From the NCBI GenBank assembly GCA_964504255.1, contig CAZDDU010000001.1, positions 33,843-97,842 on the forward strand: a stretch of 64,000 nt of DNA. Direction: 5' to 3'. Below are positions 48,212 through 56,831 of the stretch, piece after piece (the first letter of the stretch is position 1; each line of letters begins with the position of its first letter). Position numbers and translations under genes: made by a program. This DNA comes from an uncultured Candidatus Saccharibacteria bacterium (GTDB lineage Bacteria; Patescibacteriota; Minisyncoccia; Phycocordibacterales; Zambryskibacteraceae). Below the pieces are notes generated by a model. That model saw nothing but the letters and a program-made list of their open reading frames with translations. It did no database searches and was not told where the DNA came from.

Positions 48212-49273
48212 ATGCCCGGGTTGAAGTTCGTTCTCAACGCTGTTGTCGTACTGCTCTTGGTCTACATCTCGAGCTTCGCGTTCGACCTCATGAACTACCC
48301 CGACGACTTCGCGGTCGCCGGAGGGATCGCCATCCTCGTGGTGGAGTTCCTGGTGGCGATGTACATGATCAAGAAGAACCCCTTCTCCGCGATCTCTCGC
48401 AAGGGAGCGAGCGGGAAGAAGAAGCCGACGAACAAGACGGCGGCCATCATGCTGATCGTCGGTATCGTCGGGGCAAACACGGCCTGCTATCAGGTCGTCG
48501 AGCCCGGACACGCTGGGATCAAGATCAACATGGCCGGTAGTGACCGAGGTGTCTCTGACATCACGGTCCAGACCGGACGTGTGTGGTACAACCCGGTCAA
48601 TACGCGGGTGTTCGAATACCCGACCTTCGTCCAGACAGCTGTTTGGAAGAGGGATTCGGAGCTGAACGAAGAGATCTCGTTCAACAGCAAGGAAGGAATC
48701 ACCTTCACCGCTGATCTGTCGCTTTCGTGGCAGATCCAGACTGACAAGGTGCCGAACTTCTACGTCATGTTCCGCAACGATGATGTGACGGCGTTCACGC
48801 ACGGGTTCCTTCGGAACATCGCGCGCGACGCCTTCACCGAGATCGCGCCCAGTTACACAAGCGAAGAGATCTACAGCACCAAGATGGGCGAACTCGTCAC
48901 TCGGGTCAAGGCCCGCACGGACTCGCTCATCGTCGCATACGGCGTGCATCTCCAGCAGTTCGGCTTCATCGGAGCCCCTCGCCCACCTGAGAACATCGTC
49001 AAGTCTCTCAACCTGAAGACCCAGGCGATCCAGGACGCGAGTGCGGCCGAGAACAAGCTCCGGCAGACGACTGCCGAAGCTCGGATGGCTGTTGCAAAGG
49101 CGCAGGGCGAGGCAGAGGCTAATCGCGCCCTTGCCAGCTCCCTCACCACTTCGATGCTCGAGTGGCGAAGACTGGAGATCACCGAGCAGAGCATCAAGAA
49201 GTGGGATGGGAAGTTGCCGGTCTATTCCGGTGGTACACTTCCCCTGATCCAACTGCCGACGCCGAATCGGTAA
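48212..49273 (+). CDS. SPFH/band-7 (HflC/stomatin-like) membrane protein; GC-rich
   Basis: N-terminal TM; SPFH core (ELNEEISFNSKEGITFTADLSLSWQI...) and AEARMAVAKAQGEAEANRAL coiled-coil tail; about 60% GC versus about 45% in flanks. Confidence 0.7.
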   Translation: MPGLKFVLNAVVVLLLVYISSFAFDLMNYPDDFAVAGGIAILVVEFLVAMYMIKKNPFSAISRKGASGKKKPTNKTAAIMLIVGIVGANTACYQVVEPGHAGIKINMAGSDRGVSDITVQTGRVWYNPVNTRVFEYPTFVQTAVWKRDSELNEEISFNSKEGITFTADLSLSWQIQTDKVPNFYVMFRNDDVTAFTHGFLRNIARDAFTEIAPSYTSEEIYSTKMGELVTRVKARTDSLIVAYGVHLQQFGFIGAPRPPENIVKSLNLKTQAIQDASAAENKLRQTTAEARMAVAKAQGEAEANRALASSLTTSMLEWRRLEITEQSIKKWDGKLPVYSGGTLPLIQLPTPNR

Positions 49274-49339
49274 CTAAGCCGCAAGATGTAAGGAAAAGTC
49301 GTTCGACTGCTCCACATCGAGCGGCTTTTCTGTTGTGTT

Positions 49340-49368
49340 TTGACAACTAGGGAGTTTTGCTTTAACTT
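49340..49368 (+). promoter_or_regulatory. sigma70-like promoter upstream of the cold-shock gene
   Basis: TTGACA - 16/17 nt - TTAACT/TAACTT. Confidence 0.45.
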
Positions 49369-49512
49369 ACGACACAGACTTGTAGGACGACGAGCAATCC
49401 AGCCGTCGAACGATAGGGGGCAGCAATAGTGCACATGTCTCGGAGTAGCGGACAGGCTCGCGCGGGTGCTCATGGTCACAGGGGCAACAAGCGTCGAAGC
49501 AAGAAACCGAAG

Positions 49513-49749
49513 AGCATGCCTGTGAGTCTGCTTGTCTCGGAGAGGCAGCACGGAGTGGTGAAGTGGTTCAGTGAGAGTATGGGCTACGGCTTCATCGGTC
49601 GGAAGAAGGGGACTCCCGATGTCTTCGTCCATTACTCGAGTATTCTCGGCACCGGCTTCAAGAGCCTCGCCGAAGGCAACAGGGTTGCCTTCGATGTCGA
49701 GAGGACGAAGAAGGGTCTCGCGGCTACGAATGTGAGGGTTGTGGACTAA
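49513..49749 (+). CDS. cold-shock domain protein (CspA family); GC-rich; long 5' UTR
   Basis: GVVKWFSESMGYGFI RNP1 motif, VFVHYS RNP2 motif; start chosen at internal Met (track ORF starts at 49429). Confidence 0.75.
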   Translation, partial: SMPVSLLVSERQHGVVKWFSESMGYGFIGRKKGTPDVFVHYSSILGTGFKSLAEGNRVAFDVERTKKGLAATNVRVVD

Positions 49750-49750
49750 T

Positions 49751-49777
49751 CCCGCCAAATGGCGGGTTTTTCTTTTC
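49751..49777 (+). terminator. intrinsic terminator after csp
   Basis: CCCGCCaaatGGCGGG followed by TTTTTCTTTTC. Confidence 0.7.
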
Positions 49778-49819
49778 TAGATCCTCATGTATAGTGCTTA
49801 ACAGGCCCTTATTCCGGAG

Positions 49820-50194
49820 GTGGGGATGTACACGGATGGTAGTATTGGTGGTGATGAGGAGACGGTGGGGAGGGATGCTCAACCTATCACAGCTGAGGAG
49901 TGGATCATTCTCGAGAGACTCTTCTCGAGCGATCGCACAAGGGAGGTGTTGGTGGCCCTTCGCCTGAACGACAACGATCCCGTCGAGGTGTCGGAGTTCA
50001 CTGAGATCCGCTTCACGAGGAGTGTCCTCGGGGGTATGTGTTCTGTCCTCACCCGAGAGAAGGTTGAATTAACCCTAGCTCTGCTTTACCCCAAGAAGCC
50101 CATGCGGGCTAACAAGGTCTTCTTCAAGCGAGTGGTGAGACCCAAGGTCACCGACTTCCAAATGTCTCAGATTCGAGCTGCGCCCTGTCACTAG
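49820..50194 (+). CDS. hypothetical protein, GC-rich
   Basis: 124 aa; about 55% GC; no motif recognised. Confidence 0.45.
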   Translation: MGMYTDGSIGGDEETVGRDAQPITAEEWIILERLFSSDRTREVLVALRLNDNDPVEVSEFTEIRFTRSVLGGMCSVLTREKVELTLALLYPKKPMRANKVFFKRVVRPKVTDFQMSQIRAAPCH

Positions 50195-50210
50195 ACGGGG
50201 CTTTTTCTTT
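50182..50210 (+). terminator. intrinsic terminator after hypothetical gene
   Basis: GCCCTGTCactaGACGGGGC followed by TTTTTCTTT. Confidence 0.55.
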
Positions 50211-50217
50211 GCTGGGA

Positions 50218-50246
50218 TTGACTATTATTGGGCTAAACAGTAATAT
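50218..50246 (+). promoter_or_regulatory. near-consensus sigma70 promoter about 175 nt upstream of tuf
   Basis: TTGACT - 17 nt - TAATAT. Confidence 0.55.
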
Positions 50247-50420
50247 GTCGCGAGCGCTATACCGCTTCTGCTTGTTCTTTGAGGCCTCTCAATATGGGCT
50301 GAGCTAAGCGGTTTTGCGTTCCTCGTCACTACGAGGTTGAATCGGAACTGGAAGAAGATGTGTTCTCGAACTTCTTCTGTTTCTGAAAAACTTAATTAAT
50401 TAAATTTATACATAAAATAT

Positions 50421-51623
50421 ATGGCAGACGCTTTTGATCGCTCAAAGCCACACGTAAACGTCGGTACTATCGGCCACGTTGACCACGGCAAGACGACTCT
50501 AACCGCAGGTATTCTCCATGTCCTCGACATGAATAAGGACAAGGGTTACGGTGCTCGTGTTGAAGCAATTGATAAGATCGACTCAGCTCCTGAGGAGCGT
50601 GAGAGAGGTATTACTATCGCCCTCCACCACTCAGAGTACTGGACACCAGCTCGTCACTACGCACACATCGATGCGCCAGGACACGCTGACTACATCAAGA
50701 ACATGATCACCGGTGCCGCTCAAATGGACGGTGCAGTGCTCGTGGTTGCAGCAACTGACGGTGTTATGCCTCAGACTCGTGAACACATCCTTCTTGCTAA
50801 GCAGGTTGGTGTGCCTAAGATTATCGTCTTCCTAAACAAGTGTGACATGGTTCCTGACAAGGAGCTTATCGACCTTGTGGAAGAGGAGATCCGCGATCTT
50901 CTTACTAAGCACGACTTCGACGGTGCTAACGCGCCTGTGATCCGTGGCTCAGGTCTTAAGGCTCTTGAGGCTAAGGATATGAGTGATGAATGGGCACAAA
51001 AGGTGTTCGAACTCATTTCTACTCTTGATACCTACTTCCCAAATCCAGTTCGTGAGATGGACAAGCCATTCCTTATGCCAATTGAGGACATCTTCTCTAT
51101 CGAAGGTCGTGGAACAGTGGTTACAGGTCGTATCGAGAGAGGTATGGTCAAGGTTGGTGAGGATGCAGAGATCATCGGTCTCCGCGACACCATGAAGACT
51201 ACTGTTACTGGAATTGAAATGTTCAACAAGCAGCTCCAAGAGGGTATGGCCGGAGACAACGCCGGAATCCTACTCAGAGGTGTGAAGAAGGAGGACCTAT
51301 CTCGCGGTCAAGTTATCGCAAAACCAGGTTCAGTTACTCCTCACACTGAGTTTACAGCTGAGGTGTACATCTTGAAGAAGGAGGAAGGTGGTCGCCACAC
51401 TCCATTCTTCACTGGATACAAGCCACAGTTCTACATCCGTACAACTGACGTTACCGGAGAAGTAACTCTAAACGCAGGTGTCGAGATGATCATGCCTGGA
51501 GACACAGCAACCTTCAATGTGAAGTTGACCGCTCCTGTCGCTCTTGAGGATCAGACTCACTTCGCTATTCGCGAGGGTGGTAAGACAGTGGGTGCCGGTG
51601 TCGTAACAAAGGTCGTTAAGTAA
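50421..51623 (+). CDS. tuf: translation elongation factor Tu
   Basis: [22 protein letters not shown]. Confidence 0.95.
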   Translation: MADAFDRSKPHVNVGTIGHVDHGKTTLTAGILHVLDMNKDKGYGARVEAIDKIDSAPEERERGITIALHHSEYWTPARHYAHIDAPGHADYIKNMITGAAQMDGAVLVVAATDGVMPQTREHILLAKQVGVPKIIVFLNKCDMVPDKELIDLVEEEIRDLLTKHDFDGANAPVIRGSGLKALEAKDMSDEWAQKVFELISTLDTYFPNPVREMDKPFLMPIEDIFSIEGRGTVVTGRIERGMVKVGEDAEIIGLRDTMKTTVTGIEMFNKQLQEGMAGDNAGILLRGVKKEDLSRGQVIAKPGSVTPHTEFTAEVYILKKEEGGRHTPFFTGYKPQFYIRTTDVTGEVTLNAGVEMIMPGDTATFNVKLTAPVALEDQTHFAIREGGKTVGAGVVTKVVK

Positions 51624-51648
51624 TCCTGTTCGCAAGAACAAAGCCACA

Positions 51649-52011
51649 ATGGCTAAAGCAAAAGTAACAACAAAAAAAGCTGTGAAAGCAGGAGCATCCG
51701 AGGGTGTCGGCAAGCTTCGAATCCGTGTCAGAGCTTATGAGAGCAAGATCCTTGATGTATCAGTGAAGCAAATCATCGACACTGCTCTCCGCTATGACGC
51801 AGAGATTCAGGGTCCGATACCTCTTCCAACAGAGATTAAGAAGTACACAGTGAACCGCGCTGCGTTCGTATACAAGAATGCTCGAGAACAATTCGAAATG
51901 CGAATACACAAGCGCTTAGTGGACATTGTTAATCCTTCTGGTAAGGTAATCGAGGCTCTAACAAACTTGTCTCTCCCCAGTGGAGTGAACATAGATGTGA
52001 AGATGATCTAG
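51649..52011 (+). CDS. rpsJ: 30S ribosomal protein S10 (N-terminal Lys/Ala-rich extension)
   Basis: LRIRVRAYESKILD...GPIPLPT. Confidence 0.9.
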   Translation: MAKAKVTTKKAVKAGASEGVGKLRIRVRAYESKILDVSVKQIIDTALRYDAEIQGPIPLPTEIKKYTVNRAAFVYKNAREQFEMRIHKRLVDIVNPSGKVIEALTNLSLPSGVNIDVKMI

Positions 52012-52041
52012 TTCGACAAGCTCACTACGAGTAAAAACATG
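52008..52041 (+). repeat. junction element copy (TAGTTCGACAAGCTCACTACGAGTAAAAAC) between rpsJ stop and rplC ATG
   Basis: See the copy at 31491. Confidence 0.7.
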
Positions 52042-52473
52042 AAATCCATCATTACCAAGAAAGTAAATATGACCCAAATCTTCGACGAAAGTGGACGGGC
52101 TTTGCCCGTGACCATCCTTGTTGCAGCCGAGCCTATTGGCGAGGGTGCCCTTGTAGAGGGGGATATGGTTGTAATAACAGGTACTTCTAAGGGTAAGGGA
52201 TTCCAAGGTGTCGTTAAACGTCACGGCTTCAAAGGAGGCAGACGCTCACACGGTCAGAAGCACTCAGAACGTGAGCCAGGCTCCATTGGTGGAGGTGGAC
52301 GCGCTGGAGGTAGAGTGGCTAAGGGTATGCGCATGGCAGGTCGTATGGGTAACGAAACCGTTACTCAGAAGAACCTAAAGGTGGTTAAGATTCTTCCTGA
52401 ATCTAACGAGATCTTTATCCATGGTGCAGTCCCTGGTAGACGTGGAAGCAAGGTAATGATTAAGACCAACTAA
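52039..52473 (+). CDS. rplC: 50S ribosomal protein L3 (short form)
   Basis: [13 protein letters not shown]...GRMG. Confidence 0.85.
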   Translation: MKSIITKKVNMTQIFDESGRALPVTILVAAEPIGEGALVEGDMVVITGTSKGKGFQGVVKRHGFKGGRRSHGQKHSEREPGSIGGGGRAGGRVAKGMRMAGRMGNETVTQKNLKVVKILPESNEIFIHGAVPGRRGSKVMIKTN

Positions 52474-52474
52474 C

Positions 52475-53158
52475 ATGGAAGCTCAGATCTACAACAGCAA
52501 GGGGGTGGAGGCGGGAATGATCAAACTACCTGAGGAACTCTTTGGTCTCTCTTGGAATGCTGATCTTGTGCACCAGGTGGCCACCTCTCTTCAGAGCAAC
52601 ATGAGAAAGAACATTGCTCACACCAAGACTCGTGGTGAGGTTCGCGGAGGAGGTAAGAAGCCATGGCAGCAGAAGGGTACCGGTCGCGCTCGCCATGGAT
52701 CAACTCGCTCTCCTATATGGGTTGGTGGAGGTGTTGCTCATGGTCCAAGAAACGACAAGAACTTCCAAAGAGTGGTAAACAAGTCTATGCGCACCAAGGC
52801 TCTCTACACCATCCTCTCAAAGAAATTTAAGGAAGGTGAGGTGCTCTTTGTCGACAGTCTCAACCTCTCTACACCAAAGACCAAGGATGCGGTAGCTCTT
52901 ATGAAGAACCTCTCTAAGGTTAAGGGCTTCGAGAAGCTTGAGAACAAGAGGAAGAATGCTGCTCTCTTCGCCACTGCAACCAAGAGTGTTGGGGTAGAGA
53001 AGAGTATGAAGAACATTGGTAGCCTAGAAGTAGTGGAGGCAAGAAACTTGAATCCAATCTCACTTCTAAGTTACAAGTACTTGGTAATCGAGAACCCAGA
53101 GGCATCACTCAAGGTCCTCCCAGGAGCCTCTTCTACTGAGGTCAGAGCAAGCAAATAA
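52475..53158 (+). CDS. rplD: 50S ribosomal protein L4
   Basis: [15 protein letters not shown]. Confidence 0.9.
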   Translation: MEAQIYNSKGVEAGMIKLPEELFGLSWNADLVHQVATSLQSNMRKNIAHTKTRGEVRGGGKKPWQQKGTGRARHGSTRSPIWVGGGVAHGPRNDKNFQRVVNKSMRTKALYTILSKKFKEGEVLFVDSLNLSTPKTKDAVALMKNLSKVKGFEKLENKRKNAALFATATKSVGVEKSMKNIGSLEVVEARNLNPISLLSYKYLVIENPEASLKVLPGASSTEVRASK

Positions 53159-53162
53159 TTTT

Positions 53163-53492
53163 ATGGCTGAAAAGAAAACAACAAAGAAGGAGAAGAAGGT
53201 GGTTGAGAAGACAGAAGTGTCGAAGTCTGTCATCGTCTCTCCAAGAATGACCGAGAAGGCGGTACTCTCTCAGGAGTCTAGAGGAGTCTATGTCTTCAAT
53301 GTGAAGCGTGACTCAACCAAGAAGCAGATTACCGCTTCTGTTAAGGCGGACTACAAGGTAACTCCACTTAAGGTGAGAACCTCCCAAGTCCCTTCTAAGC
53401 AGAAGTTCTCTCGCGGCAAGTGGGGTGTGAAGGGCGGCGGCAAGAAGGCGTATGTATATTTGAAGAAGGGCGATAAGATCGCAATCGCATAG
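53163..53492 (+). CDS. rplW: 50S ribosomal protein L23
   Basis: Position and composition; 109 aa. Confidence 0.85.
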   Translation: MAEKKTTKKEKKVVEKTEVSKSVIVSPRMTEKAVLSQESRGVYVFNVKRDSTKKQITASVKADYKVTPLKVRTSQVPSKQKFSRGKWGVKGGGKKAYVYLKKGDKIAIA

Positions 53493-53525
53493 TTCGACTG
53501 CGCTCACTACATGTAAACCAAAATG
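53489..53525 (+). repeat. junction element copy (TAGTTCGACTGCGCTCACTACATGTAAACC) between rplW and rplB
   Basis: See the copy at 31491. Confidence 0.65.
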
Positions 53526-54362
53526 AAACGATACAAACCAACAACCAAATCGAGGAGAAACATGACTGGAATCAACTTCCGCAAGTTGATCACGTCTACT
53601 ACTCCAGTTAAGTCACTCACTACTGGGTTCAAGAGAGGTGACGGACGCAACAACACTGGTCGTATCACTACTCGTCACAAGGGAGGTGGACACAAGAGAC
53701 GCTTCCGAGATATTGATTTCGTATTTGATAAGAAGAATGTTCCCTTCACTGTGAAGACAATTGAGTACGATCCAAACCGCTCTGGCTTTATCGGACTTGT
53801 AGCTTACAAGGATGGAGAGAGGAGATACATCTTGCTCTCAAAGAGTATGCGAGTTGGAGACACTTTTGTCGCAAGTGAGACAGCAACCATTACTCCTGGC
53901 AACAGACTCCCACTTAAGAGCATCCCAGTTGGTACTTTCGTATATAACGTAGAGCTTAAACCTCAAGGTGGTTCTAAGATCGCTCGCTCAGCTGGTAACT
54001 ATGTAGAAGTGTCTGCTAAGGATGCTGGTTATGTAGACTTGAAGATGCCATCAAGTGAGGTTCGCAAAGTTCTGGAGACTTGTTGGGCAACTATTGGTGA
54101 AGTGTCGAACGACGAGAATAGACTCGTAAACCTAGGCAAGGCAGGACGCTCAAGATGGCTTGGTATCCGCCCAACTACTCGAGGTACTGCGATGAACCCA
54201 GTAGACCACCCACACGGAGGAGGAGAGGGTAGACAGGGTCGAGGTCGCAGACGCGCTATCTCAGTCTACGGTAAGCCAACAGGCAAGGGCCAGAAGTCGA
54301 GAAGAGCAAAGAAGTACTCGAACAAGCATATTGTCAGAAGAAGAAAGGTTGGAAAGAAATAG
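53523..54362 (+). CDS. rplB: 50S ribosomal protein L2
   Basis: GRNNTGRITTRHKGGGHKR...GTAMNPVDHPHGGGEG. Confidence 0.95.
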   Translation: MKRYKPTTKSRRNMTGINFRKLITSTTPVKSLTTGFKRGDGRNNTGRITTRHKGGGHKRRFRDIDFVFDKKNVPFTVKTIEYDPNRSGFIGLVAYKDGERRYILLSKSMRVGDTFVASETATITPGNRLPLKSIPVGTFVYNVELKPQGGSKIARSAGNYVEVSAKDAGYVDLKMPSSEVRKVLETCWATIGEVSNDENRLVNLGKAGRSRWLGIRPTTRGTAMNPVDHPHGGGEGRQGRGRRRAISVYGKPTGKGQKSRRAKKYSNKHIVRRRKVGKK

Positions 54363-54395
54363 CAGGTCCGCTCACTACAAGTAAGAACCAAAAAA

Positions 54396-54419
54396 ACTCG
54401 CTCAAGGGCGAGTTTTTTG
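54396..54419 (+). terminator. intrinsic terminator (copy 1 of 3 identical hairpins)
   Basis: ACTCGCtcaaggGCGAGT followed by TTTTTTG. Confidence 0.75.
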
Positions 54420-54459
54420 TTAAGGTGGTGGGAGATACGACCTCAACCAGGAGCCCATT

Positions 54460-54843
54460 ATGTCTAAAAGGCATGGTACCGCCAGACCAGTTGGTTCTTT
54501 CCGTGATGGAGATGTTGTTAAGGGTAAAATAATCACCGTCTTTGCAACTACTCGTAATACCGATCTCGCCGAAGGTCGCGGCCAAACAATTGACCATTCA
54601 TATCATTTGAGCGCGCACGACGCGAAGACTGGAGCTCATGGTATCGATGTGATGGGATCAGATGGTAAGACCAAAGAAGTTTTGGCTCTTCAAGAAGACG
54701 AAAGCGGGAGAGTTTATCTCTTCGCCAACAACTCTTCACCGGTTACCATTAAAGAGGATCCTGAAGCACTTGCCAAACTTCGGAAAAGCGCCTTCAACAA
54801 GTTGAGTTCTAGTGAGAGGGCGGCACTGAATCTTGGTGATTAG
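54460..54843 (+). CDS. hypothetical small protein (cassette between rplB and rplJ)
   Basis: 127 aa, no motif recognised. Confidence 0.45.
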   Translation: MSKRHGTARPVGSFRDGDVVKGKIITVFATTRNTDLAEGRGQTIDHSYHLSAHDAKTGAHGIDVMGSDGKTKEVLALQEDESGRVYLFANNSSPVTIKEDPEALAKLRKSAFNKLSSSERAALNLGD

Positions 54844-54858
54844 ATCTTGTTGGTCATG

Positions 54859-54881
54859 ACTCGCTCAAGGGCGAGTTTTTT
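54859..54881 (+). terminator. intrinsic terminator (copy 2, identical hairpin)
   Basis: ACTCGCTCAAGGGCGAGTTTTTTG. Confidence 0.75.
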
Positions 54882-54895
54882 GATATATTCGACAA

Positions 54896-55384
54896 ATGAA
54901 AAAATTAGATAAAAAGGCTGTTTGGTTGTTCTTCCTTCAGTACGTTTGGAGCTTTGTTTACCTTGGAGCTTTCGTGGTCGCTATTACACTTTCTGCTCTT
55001 GATGGGGAGATTTCTGTTATGGCGGTACTTAACCTGATTGGCTGGGTTCTGCTGACCGTATTACTTGTTTCCTATTTTGTATCACATCTTGCTTACAAGT
55101 TTTATCTATACGAACTTTCGAATATTGGGTTCAAAAAGGAATCTGGAATTATTTGGAAGCAGTATGTCACCATCCCTTACGATAGAATTCAGAATGTAGA
55201 TATTTATCGAGGAGTTCTAGCAAGAATCCTTGGTCTCTCGGACCTGCAAATTCACACCGCTGGAGTTGGTGGAGTAGCGATGGGTGAAGGTAGGTTACCT
55301 GGACTCTCGATGGCCGATGCGGAAGTAATGCGAGATGAGCTAATAAACAGATCTAGACAATCAAGATCAGGTCAGGGTCTTTAA
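54896..55384 (+). CDS. bacterial PH-domain (bPH_2/YdbS-like) membrane protein
   Basis: Two TM helices then YVTIPYDRIQNVDIYRGVLARILGLSDLQIHTAG, typical of the bPH_2 fold. Confidence 0.6.
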   Translation: MKKLDKKAVWLFFLQYVWSFVYLGAFVVAITLSALDGEISVMAVLNLIGWVLLTVLLVSYFVSHLAYKFYLYELSNIGFKKESGIIWKQYVTIPYDRIQNVDIYRGVLARILGLSDLQIHTAGVGGVAMGEGRLPGLSMADAEVMRDELINRSRQSRSGQGL

Positions 55385-55391
55385 AGAAAAA

Positions 55392-55414
55392 ACTCGCTCA
55401 AGGGCGAGTTTTTT
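55392..55414 (+). terminator. intrinsic terminator (copy 3, identical hairpin)
   Basis: ACTCGCTCAAGGGCGAGTTTTTTG. Confidence 0.75.
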
Positions 55415-55450
55415 GATAGTCTCAAGGCAGACGACTCCAGGGAGGATTAA

Positions 55451-55669
55451 ATGGCGCATGGGCCTTTAGTGTTGACGATCAATCGAGATGAAGAGCGGGC
55501 GCTTAAGTTCGCAGAAGAAGTAGTAGAGCGATGTCCAGAAGTTCGCGTGAGCAAGATGATTGATTTCGGTCCACCAGAACTCTGCCATGGGATTGGTCGC
55601 TACATCTGGCCGGAAGGCAAGATCAGGAAGTTTTTGAACAAGAAGTTCAATTTGGAGCCCCCGCTGTGA
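55451..55669 (+). CDS. small hypothetical protein (72 aa) with GGGAGG SD
   Basis: SD GGGAGG 7 nt upstream; terminator AGCCCCcgctgtgaGGGGCT + TTTTTC at 55656-55679. Confidence 0.45.
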   Translation: MAHGPLVLTINRDEERALKFAEEVVERCPEVRVSKMIDFGPPELCHGIGRYIWPEGKIRKFLNKKFNLEPPL

Positions 55670-55689
55670 GGGGCTTTTTCTTATCTACA

Positions 55690-55887
55690 CATTTATACCA
55701 AGGCCCGGCCTTGGTAAGGGGAGGTTGTCAGGGTAGGCAAATTGATGTAGAGTAGTCGACAAAGGTCAAAGACAGAAGGCCCTTCGAATACCTCAGGGTA
55801 AACGATATAAGCCCTTCCGAGATCACTCTCAATCCGAGACCTTTGTGGTCGATTTTATTTGTCTAAATAACAGACAAACACAAAACA
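55690..55887 (+). promoter_or_regulatory. candidate ribosomal protein L10 leader (autoregulatory 5' UTR of rplJ-rplL)
   Basis: About 200-nt structured ORF-less region directly upstream of rplJ, begins with perfect hairpin ACCAAGGCCcgGGCCTTGGT; identity by position only. Confidence 0.35.
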
Positions 55888-56376
55888 ATGGCAATTAATA
55901 AACAAAAGAAAGGAGAGATCATAGATAAGCTCTCGAAGGCTGTCAAGGATGCAAAGTCCTTGGTCTTCGTGAACTTCCATGGACTCAAGGTATCCGACAC
56001 TACCAACCTCAGGCGCGAGCTTAGGAAGGAGGGTGTGGAGTACCAAGTATCTAAGAAGACTCTCACCAAGCGCGTACTCGATTCCGAGAAGTTTGAGGGC
56101 ACAATGCCCGAACTCGAGGGCGAGCTCGCTATGGCATGGAGTGAGGATCTCATCGCACCTGCACGAGGTGTACACACTTTCGCTAAGAAATTTCCAGAGG
56201 CTCTAAAGATCCTTGGAGGAGTCTTCGAAGGTAGGTATATGAGTAAGGCAGAGATGATGGAGATCGCTACCATACCTCCAGTTGAGGTACTTAGAGGTAA
56301 GTTTGTAAACATTATTAACTCACCAATCCAGCGCTTCGCAATAGCTCTTGGAGAGGTAGCAAAGAAGAAAAATTAA
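55888..56376 (+). CDS. rplJ: 50S ribosomal protein L10
   Basis: [45 protein letters not shown]. Confidence 0.9.
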   Translation: MAINKQKKGEIIDKLSKAVKDAKSLVFVNFHGLKVSDTTNLRRELRKEGVEYQVSKKTLTKRVLDSEKFEGTMPELEGELAMAWSEDLIAPARGVHTFAKKFPEALKILGGVFEGRYMSKAEMMEIATIPPVEVLRGKFVNIINSPIQRFAIALGEVAKKKN

Positions 56377-56377
56377 A

Positions 56378-56737
56378 ATGACAAAAGAACAAATCATCGA
56401 GGCAGTTGAGAAGTTGTCAGTCCTCGAACTCAACACACTCGTAAAGGCAATTGAGGAGAAGTGGGGAGTATCAGCTACAGCGGTTGCTGCCGCTGGTCCT
56501 GCCGCTGGTCCTGCTGAGGAGGCTAAGAGTACAGCCGATGTAGAACTTACTGACGGCGGTGCAAACAAGATTGCAGTCATCAAGGTCGTGAAGGAAGTAC
56601 TAGGACTTGGTCTCAAGGAGGCTAAGGACATGGTAGACGGTGCTCCAGCAATGCTTAAGGCCGGTATGAAGAAGGAGGACGCCGACGCTCTTAAGAAGAA
56701 GATCGAGGAGGCTGGTGGAAAGGTTACTCTTAAGTAA
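56378..56737 (+). CDS. rplL: 50S ribosomal protein L7/L12
   Basis: [31 protein letters not shown]...[22 protein letters not shown]. Confidence 0.95.
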   Translation: MTKEQIIEAVEKLSVLELNTLVKAIEEKWGVSATAVAAAGPAAGPAEEAKSTADVELTDGGANKIAVIKVVKEVLGLGLKEAKDMVDGAPAMLKAGMKKEDADALKKKIEEAGGKVTLK

Positions 56738-56763
56738 GTTTTCTCCAAAAGTTTCTCATCACA

Positions 56764-56790
56764 AAACTCCCCGAAAGGGGAGTTTTGTTC
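56764..56790 (+). terminator. intrinsic terminator after rplL
   Basis: AAACTCCCCgaaaGGGGAGTTT followed by TGTTC. Confidence 0.7.
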
Positions 56791-56831
56791 ATACTAGCGC
56801 TTTCGGGGGAGTGGGAGTAAAATACGCCCAC

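Noticed and set aside
48140-49252. 370-aa minus-strand ORF covering the SPFH gene
   Set aside because: It has the L/R/G/D-rich composition typical of an antisense ORF in GC-rich DNA. The plus-strand ORF carries recognisable SPFH motifs plus its own promoter and SD.
56715-56831. First 39 codons of track ORF 56715..57404, which overlap the end of rplL and its terminator
   Set aside because: The terminator at 56764-56790 lies inside this extension. The gene was started at the internal ATG at 56832, downstream of the terminator.
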